NCBI GenBank assembly: GCA_963661975.1
Contig: CAVLDN010000006.1
Location: 30,421-94,420 of the forward strand
Origin: a bacterium
Lineage (GTDB): Bacteria > Bacillota > Clostridia > Oscillospirales > CAG-382
DNA length: 64,000 bases
Direction: 5' to 3'
Every line of letters begins with the position of its first letter. Within the stretch, counting starts at the first letter, position 1. The notes below the pieces were generated by a model, which was not told the origin of the DNA, made no database searches, and worked only from the letters and a program-made list of their open reading frames with translations. Both the position numbers and the translations under genes were made by a program. Positions 53,354 through 62,740 of this stretch are shown here, in pieces.

Positions 53354-53819
53354 CGATGACCGCCACGGCCGTTGCCGCGATACCCTCGCACCTGCCGGCA
53401 AAGCCCAATCCTTCCTGTGTGGTTGCTTTTATGCTCACCGCGCCGGTGCCGATCCCGAGCGTGTCGGCAATCTTCCTGCGCATCGTGTCTATATACGGGG
53501 CAAGCTTCGGCGTGTCGGCAATGACAGTCACGTCAATATTGTTTATTTCACATTCCATCGAGGCAAGCATTTTTCCGACATCGGCAAGCAGCGTGAGCGA
53601 ACTTATCCCGCGGTATTTTTCGTCGGTATCGGGAAATCTGCGCCCGATATCGCCCAAAGCCGCGGCGCCGAGAAGCGCATCGCATATCGCGTGGACGAGC
53701 ACATCCGCATCCGAATGCCCGAGCAAGCCCTTTTCATGCTCGATCTCCACGCCGCCGAGTATGAGCTTGCGCCCCTCGACAAGGCGGTGGACATCATAGC
53801 CCTGGCCCATTCTTATCAT
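53346..53819 (-). CDS. ispF: 2-C-methyl-D-erythritol 2,4-cyclodiphosphate synthase
   Basis: GQGYDVHRL..GHSDADV..HA..DA motifs. Start is at MIRMGQGYD. Confidence 0.9.
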   Translation of the reverse strand: MIRMGQGYDVHRLVEGRKLILGGVEIEHEKGLLGHSDADVLVHAICDALLGAAALGDIGRRFPDTDEKYRGISSLTLLADVGKMLASMECEINNIDVTVIADTPKLAPYIDTMRRKIADTLGIGTGAVSIKATTQEGLGFAGRCEGIAATAVAVIDE

Positions 53820-53841
53820 AAGTAAATACTCCTTATGTGTT

Positions 53842-54525
53842 TTAATATCCGTATTTTTCGGCAATGAATTCCGCCAGCGGGATATCCGACTCCTGCGTGA
53901 GCTTTATGTTTTCCGCTCCGCAGCGGACATACTCCACACGGTACCCGGCTTTTTCGAGCAATGCCGTTTCGTCCGTGAAGCCTTCGCCGCCGCATATCGC
54001 ACGCGCTTTGAGGTAATCCGCCTTGAAAAAGCACTGCGGTGTCTGTACCGCGGCAAGACGGCTGCGATCCGGTGTTTCGGCCCCGCCGTCCGGGGTGAAA
54101 TACTTTACGGTGTCCGTCACCGCGCGGCAGGCGCTCGAAGCACCCGTTTTCCGCGCTGCGGCAATAAGCAGGCGGATGTCGCTTTGGCGTATGAAGGGGC
54201 GTGCGCAGTCGTGCACGCACACAAGCCCGTCGCCCGCGGCGCATACCCCTGCGCAAACCGATTCCGCGCGTGTTTCGCCGCCCGGAACAAATTCCGCGGC
54301 AATGCCCGCCCGTGCGGCGAGCGTTTCGAGGCGCGCACGGTTTTCCGTGCTGCAAACGGCAATAATGCGCGATATTTCCGGCATGGCGGAGAATACTTCA
54401 AGCACCCGCGCAAAGAGCGGTTTGCCGCGGATGACTATTTCCGGCTTGGATATGCCGCCCATCCGCCTTCCGCTTCCCGCAGCGACGATAACAGCGGATA
54501 TTTCGCCGTTATTCTTCGTAATCAT
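53842..54525 (-). CDS. ispD: 2-C-methyl-D-erythritol 4-phosphate cytidylyltransferase
   Basis: VIVAAGSGRRMG P-loop-like motif and VHD.ARP. Confidence 0.9.
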   Translation of the reverse strand: MITKNNGEISAVIVAAGSGRRMGGISKPEIVIRGKPLFARVLEVFSAMPEISRIIAVCSTENRARLETLAARAGIAAEFVPGGETRAESVCAGVCAAGDGLVCVHDCARPFIRQSDIRLLIAAARKTGASSACRAVTDTVKYFTPDGGAETPDRSRLAAVQTPQCFFKADYLKARAICGGEGFTDETALLEKAGYRVEYVRCGAENIKLTQESDIPLAEFIAEKYGY

Positions 54526-55042
54526 AGCCCATTTGCAGAGCCTTTGCGTTCAGCTCGCCGAGCTCCGGTTTGGAAGCGGGCGCGGAGGCGCGTATGCGCT
54601 GCATGAAATAATCGGCATCGAAAAGTTTTGTCTTTTTGATAAGGTATCCGAGCACGATGACATTCGCAAGCTTGGGGATACCCGCTTCGTTTGCCATTTC
54701 AGTCGCGGGGATGTAATATGCGTTCACATCCGTGCGCGAGGTCTTTATGTCTATAAGCGAGCTGTCCGCTACGATCGTGCCGCCGGGGACGACTCTGCCC
54801 TCGAATTTGAGCAGCGAGGGCTTGTTCATGACGATAAGTATATCCGGTGCCGTAACGAGCGGAGAGCCGATGGGTTCATCGTCGATATTCACGGAGCAGT
54901 TGCAGGTGCCGCCGCGCATTTCGGGCCCGTAGGAGGGCAGCCAGCTTACCTGCTTATCCAGTTTCATGCCCGCTGTGACAAGCTGCTTCCCGGCGAAAAG
55001 TATACCCTGACCGCCGAATCCGGCAAGAAGAATCGCACTCAT
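54509..55042 (-). CDS. 2-oxoacid:ferredoxin oxidoreductase, gamma subunit
   Basis: [13 protein letters not shown] motif. 177 aa. Confidence 0.85.
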   Translation of the reverse strand: MSAILLAGFGGQGILFAGKQLVTAGMKLDKQVSWLPSYGPEMRGGTCNCSVNIDDEPIGSPLVTAPDILIVMNKPSLLKFEGRVVPGGTIVADSSLIDIKTSRTDVNAYYIPATEMANEAGIPKLANVIVLGYLIKKTKLFDADYFMQRIRASAPASKPELGELNAKALQMGYDYEE

Positions 55043-55794
55043 TTCGCTGCCTCCTCCGTTGCGGTAATATCTTTATAAACGCCCAAAGGGTAATGCTCGA
55101 TCATGTTTTCGCGCAGCCATTCTATTGCCTTTTCGGGCGAAAGGCCCCAGTTTGTGGGGCAGGTGGAAAGAACCTCGATAATGGAAAGCCCCTTCTTTTC
55201 CTGCTGCATCATAAAGCCCTTTTTGATCGCCTTTTTGGCGTTCATAACATTTTTGACACAGTCCACGGAAACGCGTTCCGCATAGGCGACACCGTCCAGC
55301 GTGCTGACCATTTCGCACACGCGGATGGGGTTGCCCTGAATCTCGCGGATTCTGCCGTAGGGGGAGGTCGTCGTGACCTGGCCGAGCAGCGTTGTCGGCG
55401 CCATCTGACCGCCCGTCATGCCGTATATCGCATTGTTCACGAAGATTATGGTGATGTTTTCGCCTCTTGCGCCGACATGGACGGTCTCCGCCGTGCCTAT
55501 GGCGGCAAGGTCGCCGTCGCCCTGGTAGGTAAATACGGTGAGATCGGGGTTGGCGCGCTTGACACCCGTCGCAACGGCGGGTGCTCTGCCGTGGGGAGCT
55601 TCGATCATATCGCAGTTGAAATAGTTATATGCGAACACCGAACAGCCGACGGGCGCTATGCCCACCGTGTTGCCCTCTATGCCGAGCTCGTCGATGACCT
55701 CGGCAACAAGTCTGTGTATTATTCCGTGCGTGCAGCCGGGGCAGTAATGAAACGGTGCATCGGTGAGCGCGTGCGGTTTTTGAAATACTGTCAT
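55039..55794 (-). CDS. 2-oxoacid:ferredoxin oxidoreductase, beta (TPP-binding) subunit
   Basis: YCPGCTHG and GDGD..IG motifs. ATG at 55794 overlaps the alpha stop (ATGA). Confidence 0.85.
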   Translation of the reverse strand: MTVFQKPHALTDAPFHYCPGCTHGIIHRLVAEVIDELGIEGNTVGIAPVGCSVFAYNYFNCDMIEAPHGRAPAVATGVKRANPDLTVFTYQGDGDLAAIGTAETVHVGARGENITIIFVNNAIYGMTGGQMAPTTLLGQVTTTSPYGRIREIQGNPIRVCEMVSTLDGVAYAERVSVDCVKNVMNAKKAIKKGFMMQQEKKGLSIIEVLSTCPTNWGLSPEKAIEWLRENMIEHYPLGVYKDITATEEAAK

Positions 55795-56858
55795 TTTGCT
55801 TCTCCTTCCGCGTATTCGGTTATCTTTGCGTAAATTTCCTCCGGAGAGGGGATCATGCCGCCGGTTCTGCCGAAGTGGTATACCGGCCTTTTGCATTCGA
55901 CGGCGACCTTGACATCGTTCACCATCTGGCCCATGTTCATCTCGACGGAAAGGAAGCACTTCGCGCTTTCCGCAAGAGCCCTGAGCTGCTTTTCGGGGAA
56001 GGGATAAAGCGTTATCGGGCGGAACAGACCGGCTTTTATGCCCGCCTTGCGCGCGTTGCGCACCGCCGTTTTCGCAATACGGGAGGTGATCCCGTAGGCA
56101 ACGACTATGATATCCGCATCGGATGTGAGGTATTCCTCGTACTTGACTTCGTTTTCCTCGATGGTTTTATATCTTTCGAAGCGTTCGACGACCGTCTTTT
56201 CAAGCTCTTCCGGCTCGATATAAAGCGAGTTGATTATGTTGTGCGGTCTGCCGCCCTTCGTGCCGCGGCAAGCCCAGGTCTTTTCGGGTATATCGCGGTG
56301 CGGCTTCGCTTCGAAGTCGACCGGCTCCATCATCTGGCCCAATGCGCCGTCGGCAAATATCATGCAGGGCATACGGTAGATATCCGCAAGGTCAAAGGCT
56401 TCGCCCGTGAGTGACGCCATTTCCTGCACCGAGTTCGGAGCAAGGACGATTATGTGACCGTCGCCGTGACCGAGAGCCTTTGTGGCCTGGTTGTAATCAC
56501 TCTGCGCCGGCTGAATGCCGCCAAGTCCGGGCCCGCCGCGCTGAACGTTTACGATAACGCAGGGCAGATCGGAGCCGATTATGTAGGATATTCCCTCACT
56601 TTTAAGGCTTATTCCGGGGGAGGAGGAGCTGGTTATGACTCTCGCACCGGAGGCGGAGGCACCGAGCACCATGTTGATCGCTGCGATTTCGCTTTCCGCC
56701 TGGAGCGAAAGCCCGCCGCGCTTGGGCATATTCTTTGCCATATATTCCGAAAGTTCGGTTTGAGGGGTTATCGGGTATCCGAAAAACAGTTTGCAGCCGG
56801 CGCGTATAGCCGCCTCCGCGATAGCTTCGTTACCCTTCATCAAAAGTTTTTCCGCCAT
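55791..56858 (-). CDS. 2-oxoacid:ferredoxin oxidoreductase, alpha subunit
   Basis: MKGNEAIAEAAIRAGC..YPITP start typical of PorA/KorA/VorA. Confidence 0.85.
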   Translation of the reverse strand: MAEKLLMKGNEAIAEAAIRAGCKLFFGYPITPQTELSEYMAKNMPKRGGLSLQAESEIAAINMVLGASASGARVITSSSSPGISLKSEGISYIIGSDLPCVIVNVQRGGPGLGGIQPAQSDYNQATKALGHGDGHIIVLAPNSVQEMASLTGEAFDLADIYRMPCMIFADGALGQMMEPVDFEAKPHRDIPEKTWACRGTKGGRPHNIINSLYIEPEELEKTVVERFERYKTIEENEVKYEEYLTSDADIIVVAYGITSRIAKTAVRNARKAGIKAGLFRPITLYPFPEKQLRALAESAKCFLSVEMNMGQMVNDVKVAVECKRPVYHFGRTGGMIPSPEEIYAKITEYAEGEAK

Positions 56859-56861
56859 TGC

Positions 56862-57074
56862 TCAGACTCCTTTCTCCACTGTTATAACGACATCGGGGCA
56901 CATCGTGGCGCACATGGCGCAGGCAATGCACTTTTCGGTTTCGGTCATCGTCGCGGGGTGGTAGCCCTTTGCGTTCAGACGGCTTTTGTCGAGGAACACG
57001 ATCTTTTTCGGGCAGGCGGAAACGCAAAGTCCGCAGCCCTTGCAGCGATCGGTTCTGAAGGTTACTCTGTTCAT
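56862..57074 (-). CDS. 2-oxoacid:ferredoxin oxidoreductase, delta subunit (2x[4Fe-4S] ferredoxin)
   Basis: CKGCGLCVSACP and CIACAMCATMCP. Confidence 0.85.
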   Translation of the reverse strand: MNRVTFRTDRCKGCGLCVSACPKKIVFLDKSRLNAKGYHPATMTETEKCIACAMCATMCPDVVITVEKGV

Positions 57075-57103
57075 TTTTTCTTTATGATTTCCTTTCGTAG
57101 AGT

Positions 57104-57763
57104 TCAGAATAATTGCTTTGTTATATTGGCAATGCGTATTACCGCATTATCGCCCGTTTCGATACACGCCGTTGTCGCAACCAGCGGAAGCCCCGCGGCT
57201 TCGGCAAGCAGGCGAGCCGGTTCGGCAGAGGAAAGCACAACCTTCGCATCGGTTTCCGCGCCGAGGTTGCTGTTGTTTATAATCCCGTCGAACCGCAGTC
57301 CGGAAATGCGTTCTATATCGCGCAGCATTGCAAGAGCATCCTCCGGCAGCGCGGTGAGCGGGCGATAGCGGTTGTAAACGAAATACATCGTGTAGCCCGC
57401 GGCGATATATTCATCGTGCGAAAGCCCCAAAACGGCTGCGCCGTCCGGATCGCCGCCGACATCGGCAACGGAATATCCTTTTCCCGTGAACAGCTTGTTG
57501 TAATTCGCGGGCAGCGCGGGTATATCCACATTTGTGTTGGCAAATTCGGGGATCAGCGTTTCGACACCGTTTTCTTCCAGCAAAACGCGGTTGTCTGCAC
57601 TGCGGAAGTAGGGGTTGACGATATCAAGGTCGGCAAGCCGGCATTCTCTGCCTTCGGCGGCAAGAGAAAGCGCAAGGTTCACGGCGACATTTGTCTTTCC
57701 GGCGCCGTAAGGCCCTGAAATTATCGTGATTTTGTTTTTTGCAAGCCGGGAAAGTGTGTTCAA
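57104..57763 (-). CDS. P-loop NTPase of unknown function
   Basis: Walker A SGPYGAGKTN, LADLDIVNP, Walker-B-like FDGIINNSN. No family-specific motif recognised. Confidence 0.65.
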   Translation of the reverse strand: MNTLSRLAKNKITIISGPYGAGKTNVAVNLALSLAAEGRECRLADLDIVNPYFRSADNRVLLEENGVETLIPEFANTNVDIPALPANYNKLFTGKGYSVADVGGDPDGAAVLGLSHDEYIAAGYTMYFVYNRYRPLTALPEDALAMLRDIERISGLRFDGIINNSNLGAETDAKVVLSSAEPARLLAEAAGLPLVATTACIETGDNAVIRIANITKQLF

Positions 57764-57766
57764 TGC

Positions 57767-58987
57767 TCAGGCTCCTCTTATAATATCGCCCTCGTGCGCG
57801 TTTTCGAGCGGAATGTAAAATTCCATGCCCGCGTGCGGCGTGGCTTCGATGGGGTTCATTTCGGTATCGTAAAGCGCGGCGATGATAAAATCACTGCCGA
57901 ACCCGCCGGGAGAAAGCAGATTTGCCCTTTCGCCTACGCGCATTTTATTGCGCTGACGGCATTTTGCAAGCTTTGATGCGCCGTCGTAGCTTTCAACCGT
58001 GCAAAGGAAGGGACGGTCGCTTATATATTCGTTCACCGCGACGGTGTTCGGCTCCTCCGCGGGCTTTGCGAAATAGTAGCCCGTGCCGTATTCGCGGTGG
58101 CTCACGCTTTCGGTCTCCCGCAGGCAGCGTTCGTCAAATTCGCGCCCGGCAAGCATATCGTTCAGCGCGATACGGTAGGCGTTCGTGACCGCTGCGGTGT
58201 AGTATGCGCTCTTCATCCTGCCTTCTATTTTGAAGGAATCTATGCCCGCATCGGCAAGTTCCTTCAGGTGGCGGATCATGTTCATATCGCGGGAGGAGAA
58301 AATGTATGTTCCGTCTCCGTATTCCTCCGCAACGGCCGCTTCGCCGCGTTTTTCCTCGCGCAGGTAATATTTCCAGCGGCAAGGCTGTGCGCAACCGCCG
58401 CCGTTTGCATCCCTCGCGGTGAAATAATTGGAAAGCAGACAACGCCCGGAATAGGAAACGCACATTGCACCGTGGACAAAGCATTCAAGTTCCGCATCCG
58501 CGGGGATATTGCGCCTTATTTCGGCGATCTCGGCAAGCGTAAGCTCCCGCGCAAGGACAATTCTCTTCACGCCCTGCCTGTACCAGAAATTGATCGCGGC
58601 AGAATTGACAGTGCTCGCCTGTGTGGAAAGGTGGATGACCGGATCTTTTATGTTTTTTCGCAGGATGTCGATAACGCCCGGATCGCTCACTATATAGGCA
58701 TCGGGGCGAATTTCACCGAGAATACGGGCGTATTCCGCAAGTTCGCCCAAAACACTTTCATGCGGCATGGTATTAACCGTGACATACACCTTTTTGCCGC
58801 GGGCGTGTGCATATTCCACACCCCGCGCCAGCTCGTCGGGCGTGAAGTTGCCCGCGCTTGCGCGCATACCGAACCTGTCGAGCGCGCAGTATACCGCATC
58901 GGCGCCGTAGTTGATTGCATATATCAGCTTTTCCGGGTTGCCCGCAGGGGATAAAAGTTCCGGCGCTTTTTTAACATCAGCCGACAT
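57767..58987 (-). CDS. U32-family protein (peptidase U32 / TrhP-YrrO-like RNA hydroxylation factor)
   Basis: ELECFVHGAMCVSYSGRCLLSNY signature. Sits directly downstream of mltG, as yrrO does in Bacillus subtilis. Confidence 0.8.
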   Translation of the reverse strand: MSADVKKAPELLSPAGNPEKLIYAINYGADAVYCALDRFGMRASAGNFTPDELARGVEYAHARGKKVYVTVNTMPHESVLGELAEYARILGEIRPDAYIVSDPGVIDILRKNIKDPVIHLSTQASTVNSAAINFWYRQGVKRIVLARELTLAEIAEIRRNIPADAELECFVHGAMCVSYSGRCLLSNYFTARDANGGGCAQPCRWKYYLREEKRGEAAVAEEYGDGTYIFSSRDMNMIRHLKELADAGIDSFKIEGRMKSAYYTAAVTNAYRIALNDMLAGREFDERCLRETESVSHREYGTGYYFAKPAEEPNTVAVNEYISDRPFLCTVESYDGASKLAKCRQRNKMRVGERANLLSPGGFGSDFIIAALYDTEMNPIEATPHAGMEFYIPLENAHEGDIIRGA

Positions 58988-60455
58988 AGGTGCCTGCCTC
59001 GATTTCCGCGTTTTCCTTCTTTACCCGTGCAACATTGTTGTTGTGCGCGGCAAGAGTCTGCGCATAATATGTCTTTCCGGCGTTGTTGGAAACAAAGAAG
59101 TAAGCCTTGCCGTTGATTGGGCTGACGGGGAATACCGCCGCCATGAGAGCATCCGTGCCGGGGTTGCTTATCGCTCCGGGGGGCAGCCCTTCGTAAAGAT
59201 AGGTGTTGTAGGGACTGTCGTAGCTCACATCGAGCTGTGTGGAATCCTTTATGCGCTCCGGAAGAACATATTGTATCGTCGCATCGCTTTCCAGCTTGGG
59301 AAAGTTCTGCTTGTTGGCAAGGCGGTTATGGAATACGCTCGAAATGTATTCGAAATCCTCCACCGTGCCGCCCTCGCTTTGAATCATCGAAGCAAGCGTG
59401 ACAAGATTGTCAAAGCTCATATCCGGGTGATCCTTTTCGAAGGTTTCCTTGCAGTAGCGCTTGTAATAGCTCCAGAATTTGGAATTGAAGGCGGAAAGGA
59501 ATTTGCTTATAACGCGGGATTCCTTTTCGTCGGTGTAAAAGTCGTAGGTGTCCGGGTAAAGGTAGCCCTCCAGACGGTATTTGCGGGTTTCGGGGTAGCC
59601 GCTTTCATCAAGCAGCTTCAGAAATTCGTATTTGTATTCTCCGGCGAAATCGAAGTTGTTTATCACATCCACGTAATTTTCGCGCGTGCCCACGCCCTTT
59701 TCGACAAGCAGATCGATTATCTGATCGACCGTGTAGCCCTCCGGAACGGTTATCCGCACCGTTTCACGCGCCTTGCGGCTCACCGTCAAAGCACTTATGA
59801 GCTGGGAATAATTCATGTTTTCATTCAGCTCGTGCGTGCCGGCAACATACTTTGTAGCTTCGTCGTTATCGCGGCCGCGGTATTTCATATAAAGGCGGAA
59901 AAGCCATGCGCTCTTGTTGCCGTTTTCCTCCAAAAGCCCGGCCACATCCTCGTCAGTCGCGTTTTCGGATATTTCTATGCTGAAAGCGCGGTCGGTTGTC
60001 ATTATTCCCATCACCTCGCTGATGATCGAGATGGCATAATAGGAGAGAAAAGCCGAAATTATCAGCACGCAGGCGATATAAACGACAGCTTTCGGGAAAA
60101 TACCGAAAAGACGGAAGATGCTCTTTCTCGTCTCCGCACTTTCGCTTTTCCGCTTTTCCGCCGCCGGCTCGGGTTCGGAATCTTCGTTTTCGGCATCCGA
60201 AAAGTGGCCCGCTTCGTTGTTTGCCCCGTTTTGCGCCGTGTCTGTATCGGCACTGTCGGAAATATGGCTTGCGATGGAATCGGGTATGCCGGTATCCGCG
60301 AGTGCGTCCGCACGGGTGCTTTTCCCGCCGCCGATGATCCCGATGGCATCGTCGATCCCGTCGTCTTCGTTATCGGCGGGGGGCGTGTTCTCGGTCTCCT
60401 GCGCAATAAGCTTCAAAAGCTCGGAAGCGCGGCCTTTTTCATTGTTGTTCGGCAT
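58977..60455 (-). CDS. mltG: endolytic murein transglycosylase MltG (YceG family) with long acidic N-terminal extension
   Basis: TM helix then the YceG domain (EGYLYPDTYDF, ASMIQSEG). About 115-aa D/E/N-rich N-terminus. Confidence 0.85.
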   Translation of the reverse strand: MPNNNEKGRASELLKLIAQETENTPPADNEDDGIDDAIGIIGGGKSTRADALADTGIPDSIASHISDSADTDTAQNGANNEAGHFSDAENEDSEPEPAAEKRKSESAETRKSIFRLFGIFPKAVVYIACVLIISAFLSYYAISIISEVMGIMTTDRAFSIEISENATDEDVAGLLEENGNKSAWLFRLYMKYRGRDNDEATKYVAGTHELNENMNYSQLISALTVSRKARETVRITVPEGYTVDQIIDLLVEKGVGTRENYVDVINNFDFAGEYKYEFLKLLDESGYPETRKYRLEGYLYPDTYDFYTDEKESRVISKFLSAFNSKFWSYYKRYCKETFEKDHPDMSFDNLVTLASMIQSEGGTVEDFEYISSVFHNRLANKQNFPKLESDATIQYVLPERIKDSTQLDVSYDSPYNTYLYEGLPPGAISNPGTDALMAAVFPVSPINGKAYFFVSNNAGKTYYAQTLAAHNNNVARVKKENAEIEAGTYVG

Positions 60456-60491
60456 GATTGACCTCCATTGGTTTCGGTACGTTCCGCTGGT

Positions 60492-61406
60492 TTACAGGAA
60501 GGTATACAGCAGGAAAAATGCGATAATCAGCAGCAGAAATGCCGGCGAAAGAAAAACCTGCATCACTCTGCCGCGGCTTTGCGTGGGAAAGGAATCCCCG
60601 GTCGCCTCCGCCGCGCGGCGGTAAAGTATGCTTTCGGTGCGCGAAAGCAACAGCACAAGCGATACTCCCGCAAGCACCGCCAGCACGAATCCGATAAAGT
60701 AGGCTCCGTTTTTTACAATCGTCACGCGGAGAAAAGCATCGCTTGCATAAACGCTCAGCGTGTTGCTCAGTATGTGCAGGGCAAGGGCGGGGAATATCGA
60801 GCGCGATACCGCCGTGACAAATCCGAGCAGAAGCCCGGTGAAGAGATAAACCGGCGCGTTTCCCGGCGAGAAGTGGAGCATCGTGAAGCATATTGCGGAC
60901 ATGATGACCGCGTTTGTTACGCCGTAACGGCGGTATTCGGTAAAAACTATCCCGCGGAAGAGCAGTTCCTCGCACACGGCGGGGATGATTATAAGCGAAA
61001 GTATTATGCGCAGCGGGCTTTCACCCTCCGCGGATATAAGCCCTTCACCGTAATAGTTGGTGAGTGCCTCCGACGAAACGCCCAGCACGAACATGAAGAA
61101 TTTAATAAACAGCATCCCGGAAACAAACAGCATTGCCGCAAAAAGCAGAAACAGCACATTTGTGTTTTTCGGGGAGAGCAGATACATCGGTTCGGAAAGC
61201 TTTTTGCCCTTTACAAGATAATAAATAATGCAGGGCAGTGCAAGCACGGCAAGCTGTATGACGGCAGCCGCAACGAAAATATCGGTTTCGGGGCTGAGCT
61301 TTTCGAGCGCAAAGCGCGAAGCGCGCATCGCGGTTATCACAAAGAGCGAAAGCAGCGGGGCTGTCATCGCCGGCGAAAAAAGCTTGTTTTTCTGTTCCTG
61401 TGTCAT
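60492..61406 (-). CDS. CPBP-family intramembrane glutamic endopeptidase (CAAX protease-like)
   Basis: EELLFRG motif plus downstream FxxxH and HxxxN motifs. Polytopic membrane protein. Confidence 0.8.
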   Translation of the reverse strand: MTQEQKNKLFSPAMTAPLLSLFVITAMRASRFALEKLSPETDIFVAAAVIQLAVLALPCIIYYLVKGKKLSEPMYLLSPKNTNVLFLLFAAMLFVSGMLFIKFFMFVLGVSSEALTNYYGEGLISAEGESPLRIILSLIIIPAVCEELLFRGIVFTEYRRYGVTNAVIMSAICFTMLHFSPGNAPVYLFTGLLLGFVTAVSRSIFPALALHILSNTLSVYASDAFLRVTIVKNGAYFIGFVLAVLAGVSLVLLLSRTESILYRRAAEATGDSFPTQSRGRVMQVFLSPAFLLLIIAFFLLYTFL

Positions 61407-61449
61407 GCTTCGGCGCTCACTCCTTTCCCGTTTTTTGCCGTATCGGCAC

Positions 61450-62001
61450 TCATTCGCCGTATCTGATCTGATATTTGATCTCTTCCGCTTTGTCGAAACC
61501 GAAAAGCGTTTCGATAAGCCGGAAACCGAATCCGAACGAAACGCCCATTCCCTCGGCGGTTATGAAGATATCGTCGCTTTCGACCTTTTTGCCGGTGATG
61601 TTCGCACCGGCAAGCGCGGGGGCAAAATCGGGATAAACCGCGGCATTGCGCCCTTCAAGCAGCCCCATGCTGCCGAGAATGGAGGGAGCGGCGCAGATGG
61701 CTGCAACGGTGGTTCCCCTTGCGGCGGCATATTCTATGAGCGATCTCACGCGCGGATTTTCGGAAAGAGCTTCCGTGCCCGCCTTGCCGCCGGGCAGGAC
61801 CACACAGGCGGCATCCTCGCGGCGGACCTCATCAAGGGTGATATCGGCGGTGACGGTTATCCCGTGCGAGCCGGGAACGGCGAGGCCGCCCTCCGTAGCG
61901 ACAAGCACGACATTCGCCCCGGCGCGTTTAAGCAGATCGGCGGGAATGATGGCTTCGCATTCCTCGAACCCGCGTGCAAGAAGTATATATACTGTACCCA
62001 T
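61450..62001 (-). CDS. DJ-1/PfpI/ThiJ-family protein
   Basis: ARGFEECE and nucleophile-elbow AAICAAP. Confidence 0.85.
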   Translation of the reverse strand: MGTVYILLARGFEECEAIIPADLLKRAGANVVLVATEGGLAVPGSHGITVTADITLDEVRREDAACVVLPGGKAGTEALSENPRVRSLIEYAAARGTTVAAICAAPSILGSMGLLEGRNAAVYPDFAPALAGANITGKKVESDDIFITAEGMGVSFGFGFRLIETLFGFDKAEEIKYQIRYGE

Positions 62002-62017
62002 GAGATTGACCTTCCTT

Positions 62018-62740
62018 TCAATTGAAAAGGGTGTTTATATAACAGCCTTCCGGGAGATTTTTTCCGAAGGCGAATTCGGTTTCCGTGTATTTTATGCCCG
62101 CATTGTCAAGCGCCGCGGCACATTCACGCGGCAGTACGGCATAAGGCGCACTTGCTGCGGCAACGGCTTTTGCGGCATTATCGGGGCTTTCGGCAAAAAC
62201 ATCGGTGATACAGCCGTTTTCCGTCAGTGCGTACACCCCTTCCGCGAGCTTTGCAACACCACCGCCGCATTCAAGGTGGGATTTCACGCAGGCGGCAAAA
62301 AGGCTTTTGCCCTTCTTCGGGTGCTGAAAGCAGCCCTCGTATGCCCGTCGAAGCTCGCCTTGCGGGATATCAGAGCAAGAAACGGGCGTGTCCCCTTTCG
62401 GACGGGCTTTAAGCACGGTGAGCGGGGTGAACCCGAGGCGCGTGTAAAGCGGAAACAGCTCCCGTCCGGCGGGGATAAGCGCGGCGGGAGCGGAGCCGAC
62501 GGCTTTTTGGAGATTTTCGGCAAAGTAACCGCGGCGCTCGCAACCGATGCGTGTCGCCGCTCCGAAAATATAGGTTATCCCGCCGGTCAGCGGCGCGGTG
62601 AGTATAAGGTTTACGGCAATCCCGTCCTTGTAAAGCAGGTGTATTCCGCCGTGTTTTTCGGCATAATCGAGCACGGTTTTGCCGTCCGGGAACGGAAAAC
62701 GGGATGTATAAAGCGCGCGCGCTTCTTCAATATCGTTCAC
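62018..62740 (-). CDS. hypothetical protein, possibly GNAT-like acetyltransferase fold
   Basis: RRGYFAENL..LYTRLGF resembles GNAT motif A/B. Weak. Confidence 0.45.
   Translation of the reverse strand: MNDIEEARALYTSRFPFPDGKTVLDYAEKHGGIHLLYKDGIAVNLILTAPLTGGITYIFGAATRIGCERRGYFAENLQKAVGSAPAALIPAGRELFPLYTRLGFTPLTVLKARPKGDTPVSCSDIPQGELRRAYEGCFQHPKKGKSLFAACVKSHLECGGGVAKLAEGVYALTENGCITDVFAESPDNAAKAVAAASAPYAVLPRECAAALDNAGIKYTETEFAFGKNLPEGCYINTLFN

Noticed and set aside
58911-60461. 516-aa plus-strand ORF
   Set aside because: It is antisense to mltG, has no motifs and is a GC-driven open frame.
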